From a bacterium (GTDB lineage Bacteria; Babelota; Babeliae; Babelales; UBA12409): a stretch of DNA of 64,000 nucleotides. Shown piece by piece: positions 19,597 to 32,543 of the stretch. The stretch covers positions 193,874-257,873 of the forward strand of contig JABJKG010000013.1 of assembly GCA_018660415.1 (NCBI GenBank), in the 5' to 3' direction. The first letter of the stretch is position 1. The number at the start of each line of letters is the position of its first letter. A program made the translations under genes and the position numbers. The notes under the pieces are model-generated. The model ran no database searches. It had not been told where the DNA came from and worked only from the letters and a program-made list of their open reading frames with translations.

Positions 19597-20106
19597 ATGA
19601 AAAAGATAACATTACTAGCTTTAAGTTTTTTTATAGTATTTCAAGGAAGTGCTGGTCATGAGATGGGTCTTTTTAATGGCCGTCGTTGTATTACTAACTA
19701 TGGAGTTCCTGGGCCAGAGAATATGGAGGAGTTTGTGCCTATATTGGCAGTGCCTCAACTTGTTAAGGAGGGGCGTATAACCAATAAGGATGTGATGGAC
19801 GATTTATATGATTTACAGATGGGTTTAAAGAAGGCTCCGCAAGAACGTAAAAATGATTTAGTGAATCGACATGTGGCGATTGAAGAAGCGGTTCTTTACA
19901 CTTTTGCAAGGCAAACTACTATACTTCCATCAATAGGTGTAGATACTTCTGAGATGACTCCAGTATCGTACTATCAGCGGTTTTGGCTTATAGTTGAGCA
20001 TTGTAATAGGGATCCTAAACAAGTAGCAAAACAGCCTGTAGAAGAGTATCTTGATTATCTGTATAGTATGTTAATGGACGAGCATAAACTTGTCCCAACC
20101 AAATAA
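19597..20106 (+). CDS. Small secreted protein, paralog family B
   Basis: Signal peptide MKKITLLALSFFIVFQGSA. It shares the block NRHVAIEEAVLYTFA with RHVSVRESYLKALL and GHLAVQEIYLRAVL in the next two ORFs. Confidence 0.55.
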   Translation: MKKITLLALSFFIVFQGSAGHEMGLFNGRRCITNYGVPGPENMEEFVPILAVPQLVKEGRITNKDVMDDLYDLQMGLKKAPQERKNDLVNRHVAIEEAVLYTFARQTTILPSIGVDTSEMTPVSYYQRFWLIVEHCNRDPKQVAKQPVEEYLDYLYSMLMDEHKLVPTK

Positions 20107-20210
20107 GGATGTTGTTTTTTGTATGAAACATACAACACTGCTAGCTATAAGTTATTTTAATAGACTCCATAACGAACTAATGGGAAAGATTGTAACTCAA
20201 TAATAAGGCT

Positions 20211-20681
20211 TTGGTGATGGAATTGAAGGGTCTACTGTTATGTGTGTTTATAGTTGTTCAACTGAAATCTATAACCCAGATCACTGACTATAGTAATCTA
20301 ACAATCCCAGGCGTGTCTGTTGCATTAAAAGATATTCCAATACTGGTTCGGGCTGATGAAATAACGGGCCACTTGGTTCTGAAAGATTATAGTGACATGT
20401 TGCGAGCAGCTCGAGCAATTAAAGAAAAAAAGCAGCGGCGTGTTTTGATTAAACGGCATGTAAGTGTCCGTGAATCTTACTTGAAAGCATTACTTGTTTA
20501 TGATGCTATGCCTCAGGAGATACCATTGATCAATGGAAATATTAGCTTTTGGTCTATGGTGTATCAATGTCGGAGGTTCAATCCTGTAGTGTTTGAAAGA
20601 CAAACTAACTCATATATTTATCGACTACATTTTATGTTACAAGATGTTTTGTTACGAGGAGAAAAAAAGGTTAGAAAGTGA
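20211..20681 (+). CDS. Small secreted protein, paralog family B
   Basis: Hydrophobic N-terminus GLLLCVFIVVQL and the family B core block. The start codon is uncertain (TTG, GTG or ATG at 20211-20219). Confidence 0.5.
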   Translation: MVMELKGLLLCVFIVVQLKSITQITDYSNLTIPGVSVALKDIPILVRADEITGHLVLKDYSDMLRAARAIKEKKQRRVLIKRHVSVRESYLKALLVYDAMPQEIPLINGNISFWSMVYQCRRFNPVVFERQTNSYIYRLHFMLQDVLLRGEKKVRK

Positions 20682-21163
20682 AGAATCTTTTAATGTTTTT
20701 ACGAGTAACATTATTACTGTGCGTTACTGTTGCTCAAGCTGACGAGTCAGATGACCCACTATTTCTATATCACTTGCATTCGATAGATCATAAATTTCAA
20801 GCAGCTGAGAGTTTGGCCGGTAAGGTTGTGGCTGGTAAAGTAACGGAGGATATGGTGATAAGGGATTTTGTTACAGTTCACAGGGCGCCTGGTGATCCGG
20901 CTCAAGATAAACAAGATTTGATAATGGGACACTTAGCGGTTCAAGAAATTTATCTACGAGCAGTGCTTTTCATGCCTCCAGCATCAAAGGACCTTGAAGA
21001 GTATGATACTTTATTACGTATAAAGTATGCTCGTTTTCTAGGCGGTTTTTATACACTTTCTTATTTATGTAAGCGTGCATCTACCGACCCTCATCGCGGG
21101 GAGCTAGAAAGTCGTATATGCGAATATCTAGGGGATCTGGGTGTGAAAATGATGCCACAATAA
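20678..21163 (+). CDS. Small secreted protein, paralog family B
   Basis: Signal peptide MKNLLMFLRVTLLLCVTVAQA and the family B core block. It overlaps the previous gene by 4 nt. Confidence 0.55.
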   Translation: MKNLLMFLRVTLLLCVTVAQADESDDPLFLYHLHSIDHKFQAAESLAGKVVAGKVTEDMVIRDFVTVHRAPGDPAQDKQDLIMGHLAVQEIYLRAVLFMPPASKDLEEYDTLLRIKYARFLGGFYTLSYLCKRASTDPHRGELESRICEYLGDLGVKMMPQ

Positions 21164-21271
21164 TTTCGTGTTAAAGAACAATCTCTTTTAAAATAATAAT
21201 CATTACCGTTAGACTAGCCATACTTTATATGATGTGCTTGAGCAGATTTAATTTAAAGAAGTACAAAGAGT

Positions 21272-22123
21272 TTGATTATGATTAAATATGTTATTAAAGC
21301 TGATGGATCCAAGGAACGTTTTGATAAGAACAAGTTGGTTGCTTCGCTCCGTCATGCTGGCTTAGAAACGCAGCATATTGGCAGCATTGTATCTCAAGTG
21401 CAAAACTTGCCAGATGAAGCGTCGACGCAGGAGGTTTTTAATGAAGCGATACGGACGCTCAAGAAATATAAACATGGTGTTGCAGGGAGATATAATTTAA
21501 AAAAAGCGTTATATGCGCTTGGACCTGCCGGGTATCCATTTGAGATGTTTATAGCTGAGATTTATAAGAAGCGTGGGTTTGCGACCAAGGTTGGGAAAGA
21601 GGTTGCTGGTTATTGTGTATCACACGAAGTCGATGTTGTCGCACGAACTGATGAGGAACACGTCTTGATCGAATGTAAGTTCCACAATGCCGCAGGGATT
21701 AAGACAAACGTTAAGGTTGCACTTTATGTTAAAGCTCGTTTTGATGATATCAAAAAACAAGCACAACATGATTCTGATCATGGAGAGCATTTTCATTCTA
21801 TTACACTTGCAACGAATACTAAATTTACCTTAAATGCGATTCAGTATGGCGAGTGTGCTGGAATAACTTTTCTTGGGTGGTCCTATCCTGTTAAAGAAAA
21901 CATTGCTTATTTTGTGGAGAAGTACCATGTATACCCAATAACTTGCTTGACCTCGATATCCAAAAAGTTGAAGAATGATCTCATAAGGCACGGTTTAATT
22001 TTGTGCCATGACTTGATTGAAAAGACAAACAAGCTTAAGCAGGTGGTGCATAATGAGAAAAAGCTCAAGGCGATTGTGCAAGAGGCGCGAGAGATTTGTG
22101 AGTTTGCACCTAAAAGAAAATAA
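21272..22123 (+). CDS. ATP-cone domain fused to an Mrr-like (PD-(D/E)XK) restriction-endonuclease domain
   Basis: The N-terminus YVIKADGSKERFDKNKLVASLRHAGL...AGRYNLKKAL fits the ATP-cone pattern. GYPFEMFIAEIYKKRGF...EVDVVARTDEEHVLIECKFH fits the Mrr_cat D...ExK core. Confidence 0.7.
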   Translation: MIMIKYVIKADGSKERFDKNKLVASLRHAGLETQHIGSIVSQVQNLPDEASTQEVFNEAIRTLKKYKHGVAGRYNLKKALYALGPAGYPFEMFIAEIYKKRGFATKVGKEVAGYCVSHEVDVVARTDEEHVLIECKFHNAAGIKTNVKVALYVKARFDDIKKQAQHDSDHGEHFHSITLATNTKFTLNAIQYGECAGITFLGWSYPVKENIAYFVEKYHVYPITCLTSISKKLKNDLIRHGLILCHDLIEKTNKLKQVVHNEKKLKAIVQEAREICEFAPKRK

Positions 22124-23577
22124 TGAGGGGTAGCATGGTGTTTGATTATGATTTGATTGTCATTGGTGGTGGTTCTGGAGGACTGGTTGCATCTAAGCTT
22201 GCTCTAGGGCTTGGTAAATCTGTAGCGATTGTGGAAAAGGACCGACTCGGTGGTGAGTGTACTAATACTGGTTGTGTTCCAAGTAAGGCACTGATTAAAT
22301 GCGGGCAAGTGGCTCGCGATGCACAGAACCTGAATAAATATGGTCTATCTAACCAGGGTGCCATTGCTCTCAATACGGATAAAGTCATGGATCATGTCCG
22401 TTCGATTATCCAAGAGGTATATCAAACTCATACTCCAGAAAAGTTGCGTGAGACTGGCATTGGGGTTATCAAAGGGGCGGCTCGGTTTATTGATCGGAAC
22501 ACGATCGAGGTTGGTGGTAAACGAGTACGTGCTAAAAAATTTATTATCACGACCGGGTCATCGCCCTTTGTACCGTCGATAGATGGTCTTGATACGGTTG
22601 ATTATCTTACTAATGAAAATTTGTTTGAGCTTGATACATTGCCTGAATCGATAGTGATTATTGGCGGCGGTGCTATTGGTGCTGAAATGGCATGCGCGTT
22701 AAATAATCTTGGCGTTAAGGTTACTATTGTAGAGATGCAGGATCGAATGTTGGTGCATGAGGATGAAGAGCTGGTAGAGATACTGCAAGCTCACCTGCGT
22801 GAGCAAGGGATTACTATCTTAACTAATACGGCAGTAGTGCAAGTTGCTAAGGACGGCGAGCGGGTGGTAATAACGTGCAAGGATGAGAAGGGTAATCAAG
22901 ATGTCTTGACAGAAAAGGTTCTGGTTGCTGTTGGCAGGCAACCCAACCTAGACGGCTTGAATTTGGATGGGATTGGAGTAAAGACGAATAAGCGGGGCAT
23001 TGAAACCAATAATAAATTACAGACGAGTGTGCCCAATATTTATGCGTGTGGTGACGTTGTGGGTCCCTATCAGTTTAGTCATATGGCTTTTTATCAGGCC
23101 GTGATTGCTGGGCGAAATGCTTTGTTCCCTTTTGGGCCGAAGTTGAACTATGACAATGTTATTTGGTGTACGTTTACAGGACCTGAGTTGGCGCATGCCG
23201 GCTTGACTGAACAGGAAGCGCGCAAAAAGTTTGGCGATAGTATCCAGGTGTTTAGAAAACCTTATTCAGAGCTTGATCGCTCCAAGACTGATGATACTAT
23301 GGTTGGCTTGGGTAAATTTATTTGTGATAAGTCAGGACGCTTGATTGGTGTTCAGATCTTGGGTGCTAGAGCCGGTGAGGTCATCCATGAAGTTCAGTTG
23401 GGTAAGTATTATAATATTAAGTTTGCTAAGTTCTATAATGTTATCCATGCCTATCCTACTTACTCAGAGTTGGTGTGGCATGCTGCGCGCATGGCTTATG
23501 TTGAAGGGTTGAAAAATCATCCGGTGGTTAAGATAGCAAATAAAATATCAGGCTTGTTTAGATCGAAAAAAAAGTAG
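22123..23577 (+). CDS. FAD-dependent pyridine nucleotide-disulfide oxidoreductase (dihydrolipoyl dehydrogenase / mercuric-reductase-like)
   Basis: FAD motif DLIVIGGGSGG, redox disulfide GGECTNTGCVPSK, NAD motif IVIIGGGAIGAEMA, ACGDV, and the C-terminal HAYPTYSE dimerisation signature. The probable start is the ATG at 22135. Confidence 0.85.
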   Translation: MRGSMVFDYDLIVIGGGSGGLVASKLALGLGKSVAIVEKDRLGGECTNTGCVPSKALIKCGQVARDAQNLNKYGLSNQGAIALNTDKVMDHVRSIIQEVYQTHTPEKLRETGIGVIKGAARFIDRNTIEVGGKRVRAKKFIITTGSSPFVPSIDGLDTVDYLTNENLFELDTLPESIVIIGGGAIGAEMACALNNLGVKVTIVEMQDRMLVHEDEELVEILQAHLREQGITILTNTAVVQVAKDGERVVITCKDEKGNQDVLTEKVLVAVGRQPNLDGLNLDGIGVKTNKRGIETNNKLQTSVPNIYACGDVVGPYQFSHMAFYQAVIAGRNALFPFGPKLNYDNVIWCTFTGPELAHAGLTEQEARKKFGDSIQVFRKPYSELDRSKTDDTMVGLGKFICDKSGRLIGVQILGARAGEVIHEVQLGKYYNIKFAKFYNVIHAYPTYSELVWHAARMAYVEGLKNHPVVKIANKISGLFRSKKK

Positions 23578-23582
23578 AGGTT

Positions 23583-24269
23583 ATGGAAAATAAAACAATA
23601 AAGCGCTTGGTTATTCTTGGCGTATTAGCAGCGATTATATTTGTGTTCTTTATATTTGATTTGGGACGCTTTTTTTCACTCGAGGTATTGAAGTTACATC
23701 GTGAGTGGCTGCTTGAGTACGTGCATGCTCATTATATTGTATCAGTACTAACTTTTATTGCTTCGTATATTGTGTTTGCAGGTACTGCGCTTCCAGGATC
23801 GCCTATCCTGTCTTTAGCTGGCGGTTTTTTATTTGGAACTATCTTGGGCACGTTGTATATCGTTATTGGTGCATCGATAGGGGCAGCGATTGCCTTTTTG
23901 ATTGTACGGTATATTTTTGGTTCGATCTTACAAAAACGATACAAAGAGCGTCTTAAAAGACTTAATAACAATATTGATCGTAATGGGGTTTCTTACGTAT
24001 TGATATTACGCTTTATAGCGATTGTACCATTCTTTTTGGTTAATATTTTAGCTGGCTTGACGACTATATCATTGAGGACCTTTGTATGGACGACGGCGGT
24101 AGGGATCACTCCTGGGGCGTTTGTGTTCGCCTATGCGGGCAAGCAGCTGGGGAGTATTAACAAGGTGAGTGATGTTTTTTCTTGGACGGTTATCCTAGCC
24201 TTTGTGCTTTTGGCCGTACTGGCCTTAATTCCGTCTATTTTTCGCGTATTACGAAAAAATAATCAATAG
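23583..24269 (+). CDS. TVP38/TMEM64 (DedA/SNARE-associated) family membrane protein
   Basis: Multi-TM protein with the family signature RFIAIVPFFLVNILAGLT. Confidence 0.8.
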   Translation: MENKTIKRLVILGVLAAIIFVFFIFDLGRFFSLEVLKLHREWLLEYVHAHYIVSVLTFIASYIVFAGTALPGSPILSLAGGFLFGTILGTLYIVIGASIGAAIAFLIVRYIFGSILQKRYKERLKRLNNNIDRNGVSYVLILRFIAIVPFFLVNILAGLTTISLRTFVWTTAVGITPGAFVFAYAGKQLGSINKVSDVFSWTVILAFVLLAVLALIPSIFRVLRKNNQ

Positions 24270-24472
24270 AGGCGCCATGGATAAGAAGGAGAAGCGGTTG
24301 GCCGTGAAAGAGGAACATAGGCCCTACGGGGTTTTTTCTCGCTTCCAATATACTTTAGGCGATGTTGTACTAGTGGGTGGTTTAGGATTTGTAGCCAAAT
24401 TAAGGCCTGGTTCGGAGTAATGGGATAGGTATTTGCGATGATAAGGAATAGGGCAATGAGTGCTTTTTTCAT
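24263..24472 (-). CDS. Small hypothetical protein with signal-like N-terminus
   Basis: MKKALIALFLIIANTYPI; 69 aa with no homology recognised. Coding status is uncertain. Confidence 0.3.
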   Translation of the reverse strand: MKKALIALFLIIANTYPITPNQALIWLQILNHPLVQHRLKYIGSEKKPRRAYVPLSRPTASPSYPWRLY

Positions 24473-24619
24473 ATTATAACGACCTTATTATGATAGTTTT
24501 TGGTATTAATAATAGGGTTTAGGAGTGTCTTTAGCAATATAAGGTTGTTGAGGTGGTCGGCAAATCAAGACTTGTTTGTGAGAAACATGGGCTTAAGAAC
24601 CCTATCATTGCGATATTAA

Positions 24620-24648
24620 TTGAGATATAAGACGTCTTAGGATATACT
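24620..24648 (+). promoter_or_regulatory. Candidate promoter of tRNA-Arg(UCU)
   Basis: TTGAGA (24620-24625), 17-nt spacer, TATACT (24643-24648). The tRNA 5' end lies 21 nt downstream. Confidence 0.4.
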
Positions 24649-24669
24649 ATATTATATCTTTTCTTTATT

Positions 24670-28601
<3,932 letters not shown>

Positions 28602-28780
28602 TAGAAAAACCTCCATTTCCCCAAATTTTATATTATTACAAATATACCATATGTGTGGTATTTCTCAACAGGGTAGGGTTTTATGGGAGAGGGTTAGCTA
28701 TAACTGCTATAGGAGGTTTAATTGGGATTGTGGATAAAGAGGTTCAGGAGTACCTATTGTAGGTACCCCTGATATACGTG

Positions 28781-30964
28781 TTATTCTTTAGATAATGCGA
28801 GGCGATTAAGTTCGATTTGTTGTTCTAGGAAGCTGTTAGGGACTTCGACATCGATATCCTCGATAATACCATTATTGTAGATAGGGCTGAGGCGAGGATA
28901 GATCTCGGCAATTTCTTTCAGGTCGCCCTGGATGGTGTTTCTGTTTTCTTTGAGGGTTTTGATAAAGTGTGGATGTCTAATACAGGTACCATATGTTTTC
29001 ATCATGTTATCAAGCGCGACACCATCAGCGGTGGATTTAATGCGCTGGACTTCGATAGCAAGATCTTTAACCGCGTGCTTGGCTTGTTCTAAGTCGTGGA
29101 CACGGATGCCGATAACGGTGTGTTTTTTGCCATTAACGGTATAGTTTTCTTCGACCAGCTCTAACCCGCCATGATCGATAAGGAAGTTGGTAATAGTATT
29201 ATTTGCTTGGGAGTGTGCCTGAACGATCTCTGCAGCATCATCCTGTTGACCAATCAGGCGCTTAAGGCCGTACTCAGCCATATGGATAATCATGCGCTCA
29301 ATAAGAACGTTTTTATCTAATTTCTTTTCCCAGCCTTTGAACAATCCAATTTTAACCAGCTCTTCAAAATGGAAGATGCTGGTATAAAGTGCGATAATAT
29401 CAGCCCGTAATTCTTCATGACCAGAAAAGTATCGACCTAAGAATTCATTAATATTGTCAGCCGTGACTTTAAGAGTATCGCCGATCTTATATGTTTTACC
29501 GCCTACGGTTAATGGATCTCCTTCAACAAAAGTATGCTGAGCAAGCTGGCCGCTACCGTGCCCCAAGGTTTCATGAAGGAGGACATGAAGATCCCAAATA
29601 TCATGATCAAGCTTACTGTCCGGATCATAGGTTCTGAGCCATTGTGCATGGACTTTAATGTTGCCCAAGTTTCGACTAAGGATTGGATTAATCAGTTCTC
29701 CTAACCCTTTTCCGGTTTGATAGATAATTTGTTTGGAGCCATGCTCGGAGCGAATTTCAGAATAGTTAGGCAGGCAGTACGCTGCAGTTGATCGTAATGG
29801 GCCCGCATCACCAGACGCAAAAATCTTTATATTTGTTGATGCGTTAGGAATGCTGGTAACATCATCTAAGTTCTGTCGTTTAAACTCGTTCGGGAATGGT
29901 AACTGTTGTTCTAATGAAGGGAGTAACGAGTTGAGCTTAGTCATATCGACAGTTTTAATAGTGATATCTGCTTCAAAAGAACCACGATACTGTTTAGGGT
30001 CTTTATATACTTCTACAAATCCGAAATTGAAGTCTAATTTACTATTAGTTTTGAGCCAGTGGATTGAAAATTGTTTAAAATCTTCTTCATCGCCACTTTC
30101 TAAGTACTTGAGCATGTATTCCAAGCTGGCAGGGAAGTTGGCATCAAATACATTAGGATATTTTTTACAGTGCTCGAATGCTTTTGTAAGCCAGTAGTGA
30201 GACACTTCTAATTCTTCGGAAAATTTACCACCGATTTTAAATTTTTGTACTGATGGAACACGCTTACCATCTACATGCTCAATATAGAAATAATTATTGA
30301 TACCAACGCGTTCAGCGGGGTTGATGGTTTTGAAATCTTCTTCAGTAAAGTCGCGGCTATACATGTTACCAGCACTTTTTTCAATGTCGCCTTCCACGGT
30401 AACCGTTGGTTCAAAGTCGGCATCAAATAAAGAACTATCAAGCCGGTCCATAACACGACGAGCATCTTTAATGCCCACAGCTTCTAGTGCTAGTGATAGG
30501 TTCACTTTAGTCAGCATACGAAGTCTTAAGTTTTTTGGTGTACGTTTATGGTTTTCAAACTCGCGTAAGAAGTATTGTCCATGATGAGTGAATAAGTAGA
30601 CAGAAAAAAGTTCTAGCTCTTCAATAAACTGAGTAACATTAATTTTTTTTGAGCAGTGAGTGATGATAGCTTTTTTATGTTCGAGCATTTGTTGGAATAA
30701 ATCAACTAATTCTAATGCATCCCTGTGTGTTTGGTCGGTTATAATGCGGTTGCCTGGTACTTCCGCGCGGTACATGTAGTACGCAAAGACGCGTTCTTCT
30801 GGAGTTAAAGCAATCCAGAAATCATACCATTGATTGTCATATATGGATGCGATTTCATGATGATGTTCGATGTTGGGTTGTGCGGTTTTTAGCTGATTGG
30901 CTAAACTTTTATTTATCATAATACCTTGAAAAGATAAGAGAGTTAAAAATATCGCTTTTTTCAT
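28781..30964 (-). CDS. Peptidase family M49 (dipeptidyl-peptidase III-like), exported
   Basis: HETLGH (HExxGH) plus EELRAD (the EExxAE-type second zinc motif) with DPP3-like spacing. Signal peptide MKKAIFLTLLSFQGIMINKSLA. Confidence 0.8.
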   Translation of the reverse strand: MKKAIFLTLLSFQGIMINKSLANQLKTAQPNIEHHHEIASIYDNQWYDFWIALTPEERVFAYYMYRAEVPGNRIITDQTHRDALELVDLFQQMLEHKKAIITHCSKKINVTQFIEELELFSVYLFTHHGQYFLREFENHKRTPKNLRLRMLTKVNLSLALEAVGIKDARRVMDRLDSSLFDADFEPTVTVEGDIEKSAGNMYSRDFTEEDFKTINPAERVGINNYFYIEHVDGKRVPSVQKFKIGGKFSEELEVSHYWLTKAFEHCKKYPNVFDANFPASLEYMLKYLESGDEEDFKQFSIHWLKTNSKLDFNFGFVEVYKDPKQYRGSFEADITIKTVDMTKLNSLLPSLEQQLPFPNEFKRQNLDDVTSIPNASTNIKIFASGDAGPLRSTAAYCLPNYSEIRSEHGSKQIIYQTGKGLGELINPILSRNLGNIKVHAQWLRTYDPDSKLDHDIWDLHVLLHETLGHGSGQLAQHTFVEGDPLTVGGKTYKIGDTLKVTADNINEFLGRYFSGHEELRADIIALYTSIFHFEELVKIGLFKGWEKKLDKNVLIERMIIHMAEYGLKRLIGQQDDAAEIVQAHSQANNTITNFLIDHGGLELVEENYTVNGKKHTVIGIRVHDLEQAKHAVKDLAIEVQRIKSTADGVALDNMMKTYGTCIRHPHFIKTLKENRNTIQGDLKEIAEIYPRLSPIYNNGIIEDIDVEVPNSFLEQQIELNRLALSKE

Positions 30965-31043
30965 TGTTTTTTAGCCTTAGGTTAACTATGAGTGATTTTG
31001 TTAACCTAAGGCTGCTACAATTCTAATCTTTTTTCAAGCTGTT

Positions 31044-32402
31044 TTACGCGAACTCACGAATCATACAACTATCACAGTTTGTAGGATTGATCTTTTCGTC
31101 AGCTATTACTTTTTCAAATTCTTCATCAATAAAGGTTTGTACCCCTTTAATAAGCCGGTCTACTTCTTCTTGTGTATTATAAAAATAGAAGCTAGCACGG
31201 ACACTGGATGCATAATCAAGTCGACGAGCGAGCATGTGAGCACAGTGCTTACTGGTTCTTACAGCGATATTGAATGTTTTATCCAAGTATTCAGCCAAGC
31301 GTGGTGCTGGGATACATTTAATATTGAAGGCAACAACATGTCCTTCTTTTCGTAAATGTTCTTTAGCGCCAAGTATTTGAACCATAGGCATTTTTTCAAG
31401 ACCGGTAATCAACCGATCACAAAGAGATGCAAGATATTCTTTTGTTGGTTGTGTAAAGATTTTTTCTTCAAGGTAATCAATCGCTGCGCCAAGACCGATG
31501 GCTTGTACGATTGGTGGCGTTCCTGCTTCTAGACCTTCTGGCGCGGGATGATAAATACTGTCTTCAAACGGTACCTTGATAATATCGGCCATACCGCCAC
31601 CCCATTGGTAGGCTGGTACAGAATCAATTACATCTTTTTTGATATACAATGCTCCGATCCCGGTTGGAGCTAACATTTTATGTCCTGAGAACACGAGAAA
31701 ATCCATGTCATACGCTCGAACATCCATTTTTTCATACGGTACTGATTGTGCGCCATCGATCAGTACTTTTGCACCGACTGCATGTGCAGCTTCAATAACG
31801 CGTTTAATTGGATTTTGTGTTCCAATTGCGTTCGAGGTATGGATACATCCTACGAACTTAGTTTTTGGAGTTATAACTTTTTCCATTTGTTCAAGATCTA
31901 AAAATCCATCGGGAGTTACTTCAATGAACTTGAGGACTAATCCTTTACGCTCGGCAAGTCGGATCCATGGTAATAAACCTGAGTTATGTTCCATCTCGGT
32001 TATAACAATTTCATCACCCTCTTGTAAGAACTTTTCACCCCATGTTGAAGCTAAAAAATTAATGCTTTCACTTGTACCTTTAGTGAACACGATTTCATTT
32101 TCATTAGCGTTGATAAAATGAGCTACCTTCGCGCGCGCTTCTTCATAGAGGGCTGTGGATTTTAAACTGAGTCCATAATCGCCACGGTGGATATTAGCAC
32201 TCGCATATCGATAGGTATTACATACAGTATCGATAACCTGGTTAGGCTTTTGTGATGTTGCACCACTATCAAAGAAAACAAATTGGTTATGATCTTTTTT
32301 GTGATGCAGAATGGGGAAGTCTTCGCGGTAGCAGTTGTATTCGGTATAGATATTACTTGATAGGAGTCCTAATGCAAGTGTAGCTATGGCTATTTTTTTC
32401 AT
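31044..32402 (-). CDS. Class V aminotransferase / cysteine desulfurase (SufS/CsdA-like) with N-terminal signal peptide
   Basis: REDFPIL...FFDSGATSQKP, PLP lysine FSGHKMLAPTGIGALY, and catalytic-Cys loop RTSKHCAHML. The N-terminal MKKIAIATLALGLLSSNIY precedes the conserved core. Confidence 0.85.
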   Translation of the reverse strand: MKKIAIATLALGLLSSNIYTEYNCYREDFPILHHKKDHNQFVFFDSGATSQKPNQVIDTVCNTYRYASANIHRGDYGLSLKSTALYEEARAKVAHFINANENEIVFTKGTSESINFLASTWGEKFLQEGDEIVITEMEHNSGLLPWIRLAERKGLVLKFIEVTPDGFLDLEQMEKVITPKTKFVGCIHTSNAIGTQNPIKRVIEAAHAVGAKVLIDGAQSVPYEKMDVRAYDMDFLVFSGHKMLAPTGIGALYIKKDVIDSVPAYQWGGGMADIIKVPFEDSIYHPAPEGLEAGTPPIVQAIGLGAAIDYLEEKIFTQPTKEYLASLCDRLITGLEKMPMVQILGAKEHLRKEGHVVAFNIKCIPAPRLAEYLDKTFNIAVRTSKHCAHMLARRLDYASSVRASFYFYNTQEEVDRLIKGVQTFIDEEFEKVIADEKINPTNCDSCMIREFA

Positions 32403-32543
32403 AATTTTGAACCTTCTTTAAAACATTAACAATACTTCTTGATATTTCAGTTGTTTTATTATTAATTTTCTTTCAAGAAAATTGCAAGCATGAATAGTAT
32501 CTCCGGAGTTTCTTTGTGAATGGTAGAGTTTTTCTGATAGTGG

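Noticed and set aside
20123-20203. 26-codon ORF MKHTTLLAISYFNRLHNELMGKIVTQ as a real gene
   Set aside because: It is too short and ends in a double stop. It is most simply a relic of a family B signal-peptide exon-like 5' end, mentioned only as context in the family B finding.
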